From an uncultured Armatimonadia bacterium (lineage in GTDB: Bacteria > Armatimonadota > Zipacnadia > CAVVLO01), in assembly GCA_963749155.1 (NCBI GenBank), contig CAVVLO010000002.1:608001-672000 (forward strand): 64,000 nucleotides of DNA. The letters are read 5' to 3'. This document shows, in pieces, positions 19,517 through 30,406 of the stretch. Made by a program: the position numbers and the translations under genes. How positions within the stretch are numbered: position 1 is the first letter of the stretch; every line of letters begins with the position of its first letter. Under the pieces are notes generated by a model. It did not search any database, was not told where the DNA came from, and saw nothing but the letters and a program-made list of their open reading frames with translations.

Positions 19517-19546
19517 GGACGGACGCGAGCTAGCTCGCGCCCGTCC
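19517..19546. repeat. 30-bp palindromic element (13-bp stem, CUAG loop)
   Basis: GGACGGACGCGAGCTAGCTCGCGCCCGTCC; fully paired on the minus (sense) strand with one G-U pair. Confidence 0.8.
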
Positions 19547-19573
19547 AGGCCAGTGCTTTCATGGGGCAGGCGG

Positions 19574-21562
19574 CTAATAAGGTAACTGGATTACCGCCTG
19601 CGATATCATCGCCACAGCGACCGCGCCCATTCCTATCAAGCCCATCCCGCAGGCGAGTCCCGCCAGCAGGACTGTCGCCCACTGCTTCCACTGCTTCTGC
19701 CCATACTTCTTCTCGAAGTAATAACGCGAGATGAGCGCGCCGATGAGCATTGGCGCCGGACCGCTTGGCACCTGGCCGATACCACCCACGAATCCATAGA
19801 TGAAGAGGATGGGCAGTTTGAACAGCGCAAGCACGACGAAGGAGACCGTCGCAATCGAGAAGCCTGTGAGCATCGCCCAGGGCTTCATAGCCTCCATAAA
19901 CATATCTTTGTTCTCGGTAGTTGCGGTCATCCACAGCGACTGCTGAAGCGCCTGCAGATGCCAGAACTTCTGCGCGTAGGGGTAATAGACCGAGGGTATC
20001 GGCGCCATACGCCACATAAAGGACCAGAAGGCGAAGGACGTAATGAGGATGATTGGGAACATCAAGGCCTCTACCTTGTAAAGGCTTGTGAACTTCGTCC
20101 CAGTCAGCTCTACGACGCGGAAGGTCTGCGCCGTGCCTCCAAAGTCCTGGTAAGGGATTGGGGCGAACCAGATATCCACGCCCTTGTAGCCGCTCATAAT
20201 GAAGCTGGCCTCGCGGATCATCGGGATGCCGACCTGCTGGCCGACAAGTCCGTTAAGGCGCGCGTTAACGTAGGAGATGCCCGGTGTCAGTATGAAGGCG
20301 AACACCAGCAGATACCAGACCGGGAAATCAGGCACCAGTTGAAGTTCGTAATGAAGACCATCAGGACGGTGGCGGTTATCCACATACCCAGCGCGAGCCA
20401 GATAGGGAAGTCGCCTCGACCCGCTGGCGCCGCCATACTGAGCGTTGAAGTGCCGGTTTCTCTTCGTTCTCGACTGCTTGTAATCCAGCTCTTGATAACC
20501 GTGTAGAAGCCGATTATCGCGATAGCGACCGCTGTGCCAATACCGACGCTCATATAGAAGTTAACCGAGTTGGCGAAGGACGTCTGGATGGCGTCCATAC
20601 CAGGCCGCCAGTGCTTGAGCACCTGGTGTTCGAAGAGGAACGGGTTCAGCCACAGCGTGGTGAGCGCCATACAGAAACCGCCGAGGACCGCCCAGAAGGG
20701 CACCACGAAACCGACCAGCAGCGAACCGACATCGGTCGCGATAGGAGTCGGTGTCGCGGGCAGGAAGGTCTCTGTGCTCTGCGTCAGATCCAGGAAAGGA
20801 ATCGGTATGAGCTGCACCGGCTTGCTCATAAAGGTACCGGTAACCGCCGGGATGCCTACATAGAAGGCGCCGAACACGATACCGATCATCGCGCCGATGG
20901 AGAACATCCGCCAGCGCCAGGTTTCTTTCTTGCCGCTAACTTCGGCCAGCGCCATTGCGCCCTGCGCCTGGATGGGCGCGAAGGGGAAGGGCAGCTTCTC
21001 ATAGTCGGAGGTAACCCGGAACAGGAAGTAGCCCATACCAATCCAGGTAAGCCTGCCAATCAGGTTCATCGCCACAAGCAGGATGATTGGGACATATCCA
21101 GTCTTTATGGATAAAGGTGCGATCCAGCAGGGCAGGCGAGTCGGGCGGTGGCACTACCCAGCTTGGGATCTTGTCGGCTATGCCGAAAGCGCGCGCGGCA
21201 TCGGAGCGAACCAGGAACTGGTTCCAGATCATACCCGCGAACGGGCCACCCGAAAGCGCCACGCCGCCCATCATCCCCATCAGGGAGGCGGCCATGTAAT
21301 ACAGGATGTAGATTTCCTGTTTCGTTAGCTGCTGGTAAGACCGGCGAGCTATCTCGGTAAACAGGATGATAGTCGTCCATTCGGCCGCAGCGCCCATGGA
21401 CTGGCCTACCACAAGCCCAAGATAGATGGACCCCGGGAGCATGATAAATCCCAGGAAGAAAGCGCCCGCCACTGTCTTCCAGTTGAAGCCCTCTTTGAAT
21501 TCAGTAGGGACTTCGATTAGATCTCTATATAGTGCAATTTCGTCGTCTATACGAGCTGCCAA
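19574..21562 (-). CDS. OPT-like polytopic membrane transporter ('peptide transporter'), frameshifts near 21095 and 20340
   Basis: Three consecutive hydrophobic ORFs (20999..21562, 20287..21075, 19574..20383) with SDYEKLPFPFAP, SYVNARL, MAPIPSVYYPY and LLAGLACGMGL form one protein of about 660 aa. Confidence 0.7.
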
Positions 21563-21608
21563 CTACAACCACCCCTTGGCTCGTGGTTAGGCGTGGGTCC
21601 AGGGCGCA

Positions 21609-24600
21609 CTAAGCGCCCTCGACCGCGGGTTCTTCTCCGGCGCCCACTCGGGCCGCGATGGTGCCCTTACGCACCATATCAGCGTAGCGCTCGCGGTCCT
21701 CAGGACTAATCGTCCGCCAAATCAGGAACTGCTTGCGCAGCGTGTTGATAAAGCGACGGTTTACACGCTTCCAACTCGAGACATCACCGCTCTCGCGGTC
21801 AAGTCGCAAGTCAATCTCGAAAACGTCCTTCATGTCGGTTGGTCTGGTGCGCACGAACACCCGCTGGCTTACACCCAGGTCGAAGGGAGCGAGCCAGGCC
21901 ATAAGCTCTATCTCGAAGCCCTCGCCATACTCATGGGTATGCCTGCTGAAGGTCGTGCCTTCGGTTACGAAGTCACCGATAGAGTATTCCTCATAGGCCG
22001 CGAACCACTCTGACAGGAAGGCATTGAGGCCCATCGCCTGATCGCCCGTGACCGAGAAAGGCAGCGGGATAATCCAGGTGTCACCATCGGGATCCGTAAC
22101 CTTCCAGCGGCGCTCTACGCCTGGCGTAGCGACCGAAGAGGCCTTCTTCGCCGGGTAGACTGTAGACAGCAACACTACCGCCATTACGACTACTGTTGCG
22201 ACAATGGCCGCCATTGACGAATAGTTGAGCGAAAGTCCCTCAAGCCAGCCAGTATAGACCGATATCTTGGCTACAACCTGGCCCAATAGATAACCGAGGA
22301 TCGCCCCCATCACCGCGTATACCGTCGACTCGGCGATGAACAACACGCCTACGTGACTTGGCGCCAGGCCGATCGAACCGAAGATGTGGATCTCCTTCGT
22401 CCGCTCGAAAACCGCCCCGAGCATCGTGTTGAGCACGATAAGCGCCGCGATCAGCAGCGGGATAATCAGGTCGGCCATCCCAGTCACCGACTGGGTCGCG
22501 ATCGAGCTGAACTTGAAAGTGCGACCGCCCATACCCGCGTACAGGTTGAAACCGAGACGCTTCATCAGAAGCTGCAGTACGCTGTTAACTTCCTTCGGAG
22601 TAGCGAAGTCGATGGCTACCGACCGCAAGCGTGCCGCCCATGTTGATGAGGGTCTCGTAAGGCAGCACGACGGTCTGGTCGGGCGCCAGATGCAGATACT
22701 CCCGGAAGCCCGCAGATTCGGCGCTTTGGCTGCCGCCGCTCTGCATCCGTTGCATCAGGATGAAGTCTACCGGAGTCAGCATCTCCTCATCCAGGTCGGT
22801 CAGGCGCTTCATTGATTCGTCATTCAGAATGCCGATGACGGTGAAGACCATACCCATTATCTGGATGCGCGCGCTGCCCAGGTTGGCATCAGTCACGCCA
22901 AGTCCAGTGGCGACGCCCCCTGGCAGGACGCAAGTGCGCATCTCGCCGGGTTCAAACCACCTGCCAGAGGCCAGTGTGCTTTCGATCCCGGTGACCCTTA
23001 CTTCCTCCGAACTCAGGCCCACGAGCGACCTGGCGTCATACTTGGCGCCAGTCGAAAGGTTGCTGATTTGCACGAAGGACTGCTCGCCAAGCTCGGCCGC
23101 ATAGAACCAGGCGCGCGGCGAGACCGCCCTGTTTTTAGACGCGAACTCATCGTTCAGGATCTGGAAGGCGCTGGTTTCCAGCGGTCTCCACATCGCATCG
23201 CGCACCATTATGCCGTTGTACAGCGGGATGCCGGGCGAGGGCACCTTGTTCAGGCGGATGGACTGCTCCACCGAGGTGAAGGACAGCACGATGAAGGTTA
23301 CAAGCACCAGCGTCGTCGCCGTCAATATGGTTCTGGCCTTGCGGCGCCTCATATTCGATACGCCCAGGCTGAAGGCCGCCGCCGCAACGCTCATACGCCC
23401 GATGTCGGCGGTGTGGCTGCCGGCAATTGCGCGGTGCATCTCCTTCAACTGCTCTTCGAACTTGTTGATGATGATCGTTATTACCACTGCGGCCAGCACA
23501 ATCATTACAAAGGCCAGCAGCACGATTACAGGGTTCATCGTCAGGTTAAAGGCAGGATGCACGAACCTGAATATGATGAACACTGCACCGAACACCAGGA
23601 GCATCCCGAAAATCTGCTGCTTGATGTCGCGGAAGGCGAACAGCAGCCGTTCCATAAAGAAGGCGAAGGGCAGCAGCAAGGCGAGATAGAACAATACGCC
23701 TTTTACCACGTCATTGGCTGTCTTCTCGACTTCTGGATAGCCACGCGCCTCATAACCCCAGGCTGCCCTGGCGTGCGCACCATATTCGTCGTACCGCAAC
23801 TCGTCAAGCGCCGCCTTGGCTTTCACCAGCTCTTCGGCGCACAGCTCATGCAGGTTGTTGATATTCTTGTTAATGATCCGGAAAGCCGCCAGCTTCTCGA
23901 TACGCATATCATCGAGGTTGTACATATCGGTGGCGACCTTGAGCGGAGTCAGATAGATGCTCGGCCATTGGTCCACGCGGTAGCCGATACCGACTGGATT
24001 GGGCTTCTTCTGGGGATCATCGGGATCAGGCTCGGTCGTATTCAAAAGCAGAAGCCGCTTGGCCGCCGGGCCTGCGCTCATTACTATCTTCAGGCTGTCG
24101 GGATCAGCGACGTGAACGGTGAAAGGCTTACCGTTCTCATCGTGCATTATCTTTTCTTCTTCAGGCTGGCCAAAGACGACCGCCTGCGCGTCCACGTGCG
24201 AGACCCAGGCCTCGGGCTGTGTTATGGCATAACCGAACTTGCGAGGTTCGGTCTCGGTGCGCGCTCTGAATACCGAGATGGCAGACAAAGCCCTCAGCGA
24301 CTGCGGGTCCACCAGCTCGAATAGCTGCATTGGCTGGCACTTGAAGACAACTAGAGTGCAGCCCTTGATACCCGAGGTAATCGGGAACTCCAGCGGATAG
24401 ATGGTAGCGCCCTGCGCGCCCCGGTCAGGCGCATAAGTTATGCCGCCGGTCTTCTCATCCAGCTTGTACGCCTCGAATCGGACGGGGCGTTTCCCATCGT
24501 AGGCATTGGAAGGCGGTATCCCATCCATAGAGAACTCGCCTGTCTCGTTCACCATCTCGATGATGTCGCCTTTTACGCCCATCAGTGTCTTGTTGGAGCT

Positions 24601-26208
24601 GCGATAAACTGCCAGCGATTTCGGGATGGGGCTATCAGGGAAGAAAGAGACCGTCGGGTCAAATTCCACGATACGGCCGTTTACCCGGGCAAAGCCGCCA
24701 GTTACGAAGAGCCGGTCAAAATGCGGCCCTCCACGTACGGGCATACTGGCATCATTCAGTATTTTGTCGAACAGGGCCGCGAGGAAGCGTGTCTGGATAA
24801 GGACGTTCTTGAAGCGGACCTTTTCGAAGGTGTCATAGGGAGTATCTACCGTAGGCCTGGCGTCGTTGGTAGTGACGAAGGCCATCCCCATACCGCCACC
24901 CAGGGTGAACGGCTCGTTGTCGAGAGCTATCTTGCCTGGCAGATACACGCGCCAGGGTTTACCCGCGACAGGGTTGACCGCATCGGAAAAGAGATCCGTT
25001 GGCTCCACGCCCATCGTCAGGGCTATCTGCTCGGAGGTCTCGCGACAGACCCGGGCGAAGTCCGCGAAATCGCGCTGGATATCCTCGCGCTCGTCGTAGA
25101 ACATCCCCTTGTAGAACAGGCCGACGTTCTGGGTCATTGAAGAAATGTCCAGAGCAAGGAAAGCGGCGACTCTGAGACGGTTCTCGTGCAGCTCAGTGTA
25201 ATGTTTACTTATCCAGGCTCGCATACCTGATAACGCCTGGAAATGGCCCGAGGTGGCAAGGAACATCACCGTTCGCGCCGGCTTCTGCGCCTTCACCAGC
25301 TTGGCCAGTTCGAGCATCGCGGCGATGCCCAGGCTGCTCTCGGCCCCAGGAGCCATTGACGGTACGATGGAAGTTGAATCGTAATAAGCCTCGATGATGA
25401 CGACCTGGTCCTTAAGCTGGGGATTGCTGCCGGGCACAACGCCGATGATATTGGTGCCCAGGCGCTTCTCCCAGGGCATCTCGCACTTTACGTTTATCTG
25501 GACATTGGACTGAGAGTTGAGCAGGCTGACAAGATAGTCGGCATCCTCACGCCCGATCAGATAGCGCGGCGTATCAATGGGGATCGAGACAAACTTGGCT
25601 TCGACCTCGCCTCTCAAGGTCTCATCAGGCTCGATGAAGATGACGCCTTTTGCGCCAAGGCGGAAGACGTTTTCCCACTTGTTGCCGCTGTTGAACTCGG
25701 CCAGACAGATACTGCCCTCGACTTTCTTCCCGTTGAATTCGCGCAGTGAGCAACCGCCAGAATAGATGAGCGGGGCGTCAAGGCCCTGGGGAGGAAGCTG
25801 GGGAGTGCGGACCAGGTTGGGGTACAGCGCGTGAAGCTTGATTTTACGATTGACACCTTTGACAGTGAGGTAAGCAGTTTTTTCTACCGGTACTGGCACG
25901 AAAAACTCCTCGCGCCGAACTTCCTGCAGGCCGATGCCCCTCATTTGTTCGTAGATGTAGTCAGCGGCCTTCTGGCATCCAGGGTAGCCTGTATAGCGTG
26001 TCGGCAGGCTTGAGAGATAGCGCACCGTCCCCTTGAGACCGTCCAGGCTAACGGCTGACATTAGCTCGCGGTATTTGCGGGCGGTCGCCTTGTCGATCGC
26101 GGTAGGCTGAGCAAAGGCAGGCGCCACCGCCGTAAACAGCACGGCAAGCAGTACTAGCAGCACCGCGAAGGTAGTTTTCAGAGAAGTCCTCGAATCACAG
26201 AGAGTCAT
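21609..26208 (-). CDS. Fusion protein: signal peptide, M28-like domain with PA insert, TM block and MacB/FtsX-type permease (frameshift near 22627)
   Basis: EAYYDS..APGAES..LELAK..FLATSGH (M28-like), SNMRRRKARTILT (MacB-like TM1), LNTMLGAVFERTKEI..IGLAPSHV (FtsX). Joined by removing one base (MGGTLRSVAID). Confidence 0.8.
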
Positions 26209-26288
26209 ATCGGATAGGCACACCTCTTTACGGACCCGGGGTCGCCCAAAGCCCACCGAGTGGACATACAACGCGCAACGCGGCTGCC

Positions 26289-26318
26289 ACTATAGCACAC
26301 CGCTAAAACCTTGGGCAA
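26289..26318 (-). promoter_or_regulatory. Candidate promoter of the M28-FtsX operon
   Basis: TTGCCC-18 bp-TATAGT with extended TG. Confidence 0.5.
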
Positions 26319-26428
26319 CAGCGCCAGCCTTTAGTCCAAGGCGCTCTTGGTTCAGGTATTATTCACCCCCATCAGGGGGTCTCCTCCAGCCGGAACAAAA
26401 ATACCTGTCACGTAAAAAAATGCGAATT

Positions 26429-27184
26429 TCAAGCCTTCATTGCGGCCTTTGCGGTTTGCCAGTTTGCTTCGACAACTGACCAGTTCACCAGGGACCTGGT
26501 AGCCTGGATGAAGTCAGCGCGACGATTTTGATATTTCAAGTAATAGGCATGCTCCCAGACGTCAATTGTGAGCAAGGTCACATACCCGTCAATCTCGGGA
26601 GCATCCTGATTGGGCACTGCGCGAATCCCGAGTTTGCCAAAGGGATCCATCACAAGACAGCCCCAACCCGAGCCGAACTGGCCCAGGCTTGCCGCCGCCA
26701 GTTGCTCCCAGCAGGCGTCTACTGTATTGAACACGCCCTGTAAGGCTGAACGCAATTCGCCCTGAGGCTCTGTGGCCCCACCGCGCGCGAATTGCTCCCA
26801 GAACAGCGAATGCAGCACGTGACTGCCGCCGTTGTTACGCACATCGGTTCTGATGTCGTCGGGTAGCGCGGCCAGATTGCGAAGCAAGGTGAGCAAGTCC
26901 ACCTTGTGCAGAGAGGGATATTTGGCAAGCGCCGCGTTGAGTTTGGTTATATAGGCCTGGTGATGCTTGCCGTGATGGATTTGCACCGTCTGGGCGTCCA
27001 TCCAGGGCTCGAGGGCATCCAGGGCGAAAGGCAGCTCGGGTAATTTATAAGGATAAGTAGCCTTTTCAACCTCGGCGCCAAAGACTGGCAGTCCCCCTGT
27101 TGCAAGCAACGTGGCCCCTGCCGCAAGCCCTGTCAGCAGTTGGCCTCTTGTAATCAACTTGCCCGTTTGATCTTGAGCCTCCAT
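26429..27184 (-). CDS. sodA: Superoxide dismutase Mn/Fe family (Mn-like) with N-terminal export signal
   Basis: LPELPFALDALEP, HHGKHHQAY, NNGGSH, FGSGW, PNQD, DVWEHAYYLKYQNRR. Confidence 0.93.
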   Translation of the reverse strand: MEAQDQTGKLITRGQLLTGLAAGATLLATGGLPVFGAEVEKATYPYKLPELPFALDALEPWMDAQTVQIHHGKHHQAYITKLNAALAKYPSLHKVDLLTLLRNLAALPDDIRTDVRNNGGSHVLHSLFWEQFARGGATEPQGELRSALQGVFNTVDACWEQLAAASLGQFGSGWGCLVMDPFGKLGIRAVPNQDAPEIDGYVTLLTIDVWEHAYYLKYQNRRADFIQATRSLVNWSVVEANWQTAKAAMKA

Positions 27185-27293
27185 TTACGCCACCTCCAGC
27201 AGGCCATATGGCCTTTCTGTTTGTACCCTTCGCCTTAGGAGCCTGCGAACCTGCCCGGTTGCCCCTGCTTTGAAACTTCCTCTCTGGCTCACG

Positions 27294-27331
27294 GTCAACG
27301 CGTTGACTTGCCGTCAATACCTGAATACAAT
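27294..27331 (+). promoter_or_regulatory. Sigma70 promoter overlapped by inverted TTGAC/GTCAA repeats
   Basis: TTGACT-17 bp-TACAAT (27303-27331), with GTCAACGCGTTGAC palindrome and TTGAC-N5-GTCAA. Confidence 0.65.
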
Positions 27332-27361
27332 AAATCGTACTACGGACCGTAGGTGAGGCAT

Positions 27362-28114
27362 ATGCCCAGAGTAATATCCACCATGCTAGTGTTCGGGATA
27401 CTCCTGCTTGTTATTTCGGCCTGCTTCGCTGCGCCTGGCCAGAATCTCCTGGCTTCCAAACTGGGCGGCAAAGTAGTCAGTTTCACAAGCCAGTTTTACC
27501 TGCCCGAGATTGGCGAGGACTGGTCGGCCAACAATCTCATTGATGGCGGCACGATTACCAAAGGCTGGTCTTCGGAGGCGGCAACCTTCCCCCAGCAGTT
27601 GGTCTTCGCCTTCAACGATGAAATCGAGAACGTCATTTCGGCGGCGATGCTCGACCCGCGCACAGCTGATCCCTCGGCTCTTGGGCGTGGCGTGAAGGAT
27701 TTCGAGCTACTCATTGCCACTGAAGTAGATGGCCCCTGGACCAGGGTTGGCGTCTTCACGATGACCGAAACCCAGCGCCCGCAGGTTTTCACCTTTAGCC
27801 CCATCAAGGCGCGCTATGTCAAACTGTCCATCCTGTCCAACCAGGGCAGCACCAGTATGGTCGAGCTTGGTGAATTCGGTGTTTACCACTCAGCCGAGGA
27901 TATGACAGCTCCTACCAGCAGTGGCACGGGCGGCACTGGAGCGCAGATTGTGCCCGGTGATGTCGCGGGCAGGCTGGATGACCTTATAACTCGACTGCAG
28001 GCTCTGATTGATGAACTGCGTCTGCTGCGTACCCAGTACAAGGTTGGCGACGAAACGGTCGGCGCTCAACTCGACGATATCGAGGCGATTGCTGACTCGC
28101 TAGTCGGCAGCTAA
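27362..28114 (+). CDS. Secreted discoidin (F5/8 type C) domain protein with C-terminal coiled coil
   Basis: Signal peptide; WSANNLIDG..GWSS..FPQQLVF..ARYVKLSILSNQG..VELGEFGVY. Confidence 0.8.
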   Translation: MPRVISTMLVFGILLLVISACFAAPGQNLLASKLGGKVVSFTSQFYLPEIGEDWSANNLIDGGTITKGWSSEAATFPQQLVFAFNDEIENVISAAMLDPRTADPSALGRGVKDFELLIATEVDGPWTRVGVFTMTETQRPQVFTFSPIKARYVKLSILSNQGSTSMVELGEFGVYHSAEDMTAPTSSGTGGTGAQIVPGDVAGRLDDLITRLQALIDELRLLRTQYKVGDETVGAQLDDIEAIADSLVGS

Positions 28115-28133
28115 CGTTCCTTTTCAACAGAAT

Positions 28134-28167
28134 AAAAAAAGCCGGGCTTCGGCCCGGCTTTTGCTTT
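28134..28167. terminator. Bidirectional intrinsic terminator
   Basis: AAAAAAA-GCCGGGC-TTCG-GCCCGGC-TTTT between convergent genes. Confidence 0.9.
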
Positions 28168-28173
28168 GGAAGG

Positions 28174-29025
28174 CTATTTCTTGCCACGCGCAGCGAGTAT
28201 GAGTTCATAGGCTGCGCGCTTCGTCAGGTCAAATTGGTCTGCAAGTTCGGCAGCCAGCTCCTTGGAAGGCCTGTCCGTTGCTGCCAGAGTCCTGGCTCTG
28301 ACCTCGGCCTCTTCTCTGGACTCTTCAGTAGGAGCCTGCCTTTCTGGCTTTGGCCCGACAACTACAACTACCTCGCCCAGCCACTTGCGTCCATGGCAGG
28401 CGCGCGCAACTTCGAGCACAGGGCCGCGGATAAGCTCCTCATGCAGTTTGGTCAGTTCGCGTCCAAGGCAGATTTGCCGCTCGGGCTCGCAGGTTGCGGC
28501 AAGCTGAGCCAGGGTGTTCTCCATACGACCCGGCGCCTCAAAAAAGACCACCGGGGTAGCGGCTTCCGCAATCGCCTGCAGCGCCTTCAGATGGCCTCCG
28601 GCGCCTTTTGGAAGAAAACCCACAAAACTGTAGGCCCCCGCATCGAAGCCCGCTACTGAGAGTAATGCCGATATTGAGCTCGGGCCCGGGATTGGGACAA
28701 CGGTAATCTCTTCGGCATGACAGGCCTCCACCAGACGTGAGCCAGGATCGCTGATGGCAGGTGTCCCCGCGTCGGTTATCAGGGCGATTGAAAGGCCCTG
28801 CTTCAGCTTGCCGACGAGTTCCGGGATACGCTTGGCCTCGTTGAATTTATGGTAGCTGATGAGTGGCCTGGAGAGGCCCAGCGCCGTCACCAGCTTGCGC
28901 GAGTGGCGGGTGTCCTCGGCAGCTATCAGGTCAACTTCGCCCAGCACTCGTTCCGCGCGGCGCGTGATATCTTCAAGATTGCCAATCGGGGTAGCTACCA
29001 CATAAAGCGTGCCGCTAGTCTCCAT
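28174..29025 (-). CDS. rsmI: 16S rRNA (cytidine1402-2'-O)-methyltransferase
   Basis: GTLYVVATPIGNLEDIT, AEDTR, DAGTPAISDPG, RELTKLHEE. Confidence 0.95.
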   Translation of the reverse strand: METSGTLYVVATPIGNLEDITRRAERVLGEVDLIAAEDTRHSRKLVTALGLSRPLISYHKFNEAKRIPELVGKLKQGLSIALITDAGTPAISDPGSRLVEACHAEEITVVPIPGPSSISALLSVAGFDAGAYSFVGFLPKGAGGHLKALQAIAEAATPVVFFEAPGRMENTLAQLAATCEPERQICLGRELTKLHEELIRGPVLEVARACHGRKWLGEVVVVVGPKPERQAPTEESREEAEVRARTLAATDRPSKELAAELADQFDLTKRAAYELILAARGKK

Positions 29026-30352
29026 AAGGATTCCTCTCAGTGACATCGTCCTCGAACGATTCACCACTCATCGAGCAGAGTTCGGCGCATTTCTCCAGAG
29101 AATGCTTTACAAGTACCGGCCCGATAAGCTCCGCCACTGCAACACCTGTCAACACCACATCGGTCATCCAGCCTGCATATTGGTCGAAGGAGGGCATCTG
29201 CTGCAGCGCGAACACCAGGCCAACCGCCACGCCCGCCTGCGGTATTAGGGCTGGCCCGAGATAACATCGCACCGACTTGTGCGCCCGTATCAATTTGGCG
29301 CCCCATTGCGCCCCATAGTATTTTCCGAGAGCCCTTGCGAGGATGAAAGCCACCCCCAGCGCGCCCGAAGCCCACAGCGCAGGTAAGGACAGATGAGCAC
29401 CAGCAAGCACAAAGAAGACTACGTAGATGGGTGATTCCAGCTTGTTGATAGCCTCGAAGGCGCGCGTGTCCTGCCGGTGGTGATTCACAATAACAAAGCC
29501 TGCGGTCATCCCTGCCAGCATAGGGGAGAAACCCATTAGACCTGCCAGCGATCCCATCAGCAGCAGCGTGCCAAAGCTGATAATCTGCACATCCTCCTGG
29601 CGGTGAGTAAAGGCTAGTGCAAAGTGGGTGAACCAGGCTATAAGCGCGCCCCACAGCAAGCTGCCCAGGATGATGCCTGCCGCTCCACCGGGTACAGCCA
29701 TCGCCGCAGTTGTGTGGGCCGGATCGCTGAATAACCGCGCAAACAGGGCGAAGAAGCCGATTGCCATCGCATTGTCAATCGCGACCGAGGCTACCAGCGC
29801 GCGGGAGACAGGCCCTATCGCCCCAAGCTCGCGTACCATTGCCAGGGTGGTCGCTGGCGCGGTCGCCATCGCTATCGCCCCAAGCAGACAAGCGGCAATC
29901 AACGGGCTTGCAGGCCCAGTTTGCTGGACCACGCCCAGGGATACCGTCGAACCGAGCAACCAGGTAGCGCCAAAGACGAAAGTGAAAGCGAGGCTTGCTT
30001 CTATCAGGGGAAGGATCAGCACTCCCCCACCGATGCGCTTAAGCGTTGCCAGATTGAGCTTCTCACCGATGCCAAAGGCAATCAGCATCAGGGCGATGTC
30101 GGTGAAGGCGCGCAACTTTTCACCAACCATTGTCTCACTGATGAAGCCAAATCCTGAAGGCCCAATGACCAAACCGGCGATAATATAACCTGTGATAGAG
30201 GGCAGTCGGACAAGCCTTGCCAGACGCCCGCAGGTATAACCAAAAACTAGTGCCAAAGCCAGCCCCAGCATGGGATCGGCGCCCGCAGCAGAACTCTTTA
30301 AGGTTCCGAGCAGGTCAAGTAATTCTGCGATCATTTGGTTTGCGGCAGTCAA
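29015..30352 (-). CDS. Cation:proton antiporter (CPA2-like)
   Basis: LPSITGYIIAGLVIGP, ATAPATT, VAIDNA, FFVLAGAHL, RALGKYYG, PQAGVAVG. Start is uncertain (30352 or 30334). Confidence 0.88.
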   Translation of the reverse strand: MTAANQMIAELLDLLGTLKSSAAGADPMLGLALALVFGYTCGRLARLVRLPSITGYIIAGLVIGPSGFGFISETMVGEKLRAFTDIALMLIAFGIGEKLNLATLKRIGGGVLILPLIEASLAFTFVFGATWLLGSTVSLGVVQQTGPASPLIAACLLGAIAMATAPATTLAMVRELGAIGPVSRALVASVAIDNAMAIGFFALFARLFSDPAHTTAAMAVPGGAAGIILGSLLWGALIAWFTHFALAFTHRQEDVQIISFGTLLLMGSLAGLMGFSPMLAGMTAGFVIVNHHRQDTRAFEAINKLESPIYVVFFVLAGAHLSLPALWASGALGVAFILARALGKYYGAQWGAKLIRAHKSVRCYLGPALIPQAGVAVGLVFALQQMPSFDQYAGWMTDVVLTGVAVAELIGPVLVKHSLEKCAELCSMSGESFEDDVTERNPYGD

Positions 30353-30406
30353 GGGTCACTCCCCAGTCGGAAAGGTTCCTGCTTTTAGAGTTTACCCGGA
30401 GAGTCC

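Noticed and set aside
8432..24324. Long plus-strand ORFs (8432..9367, 11761..12399, 14814..15839, 18569..19585, 23068..24324)
   Set aside because: All lie antisense to well-supported genes and have no family motifs.
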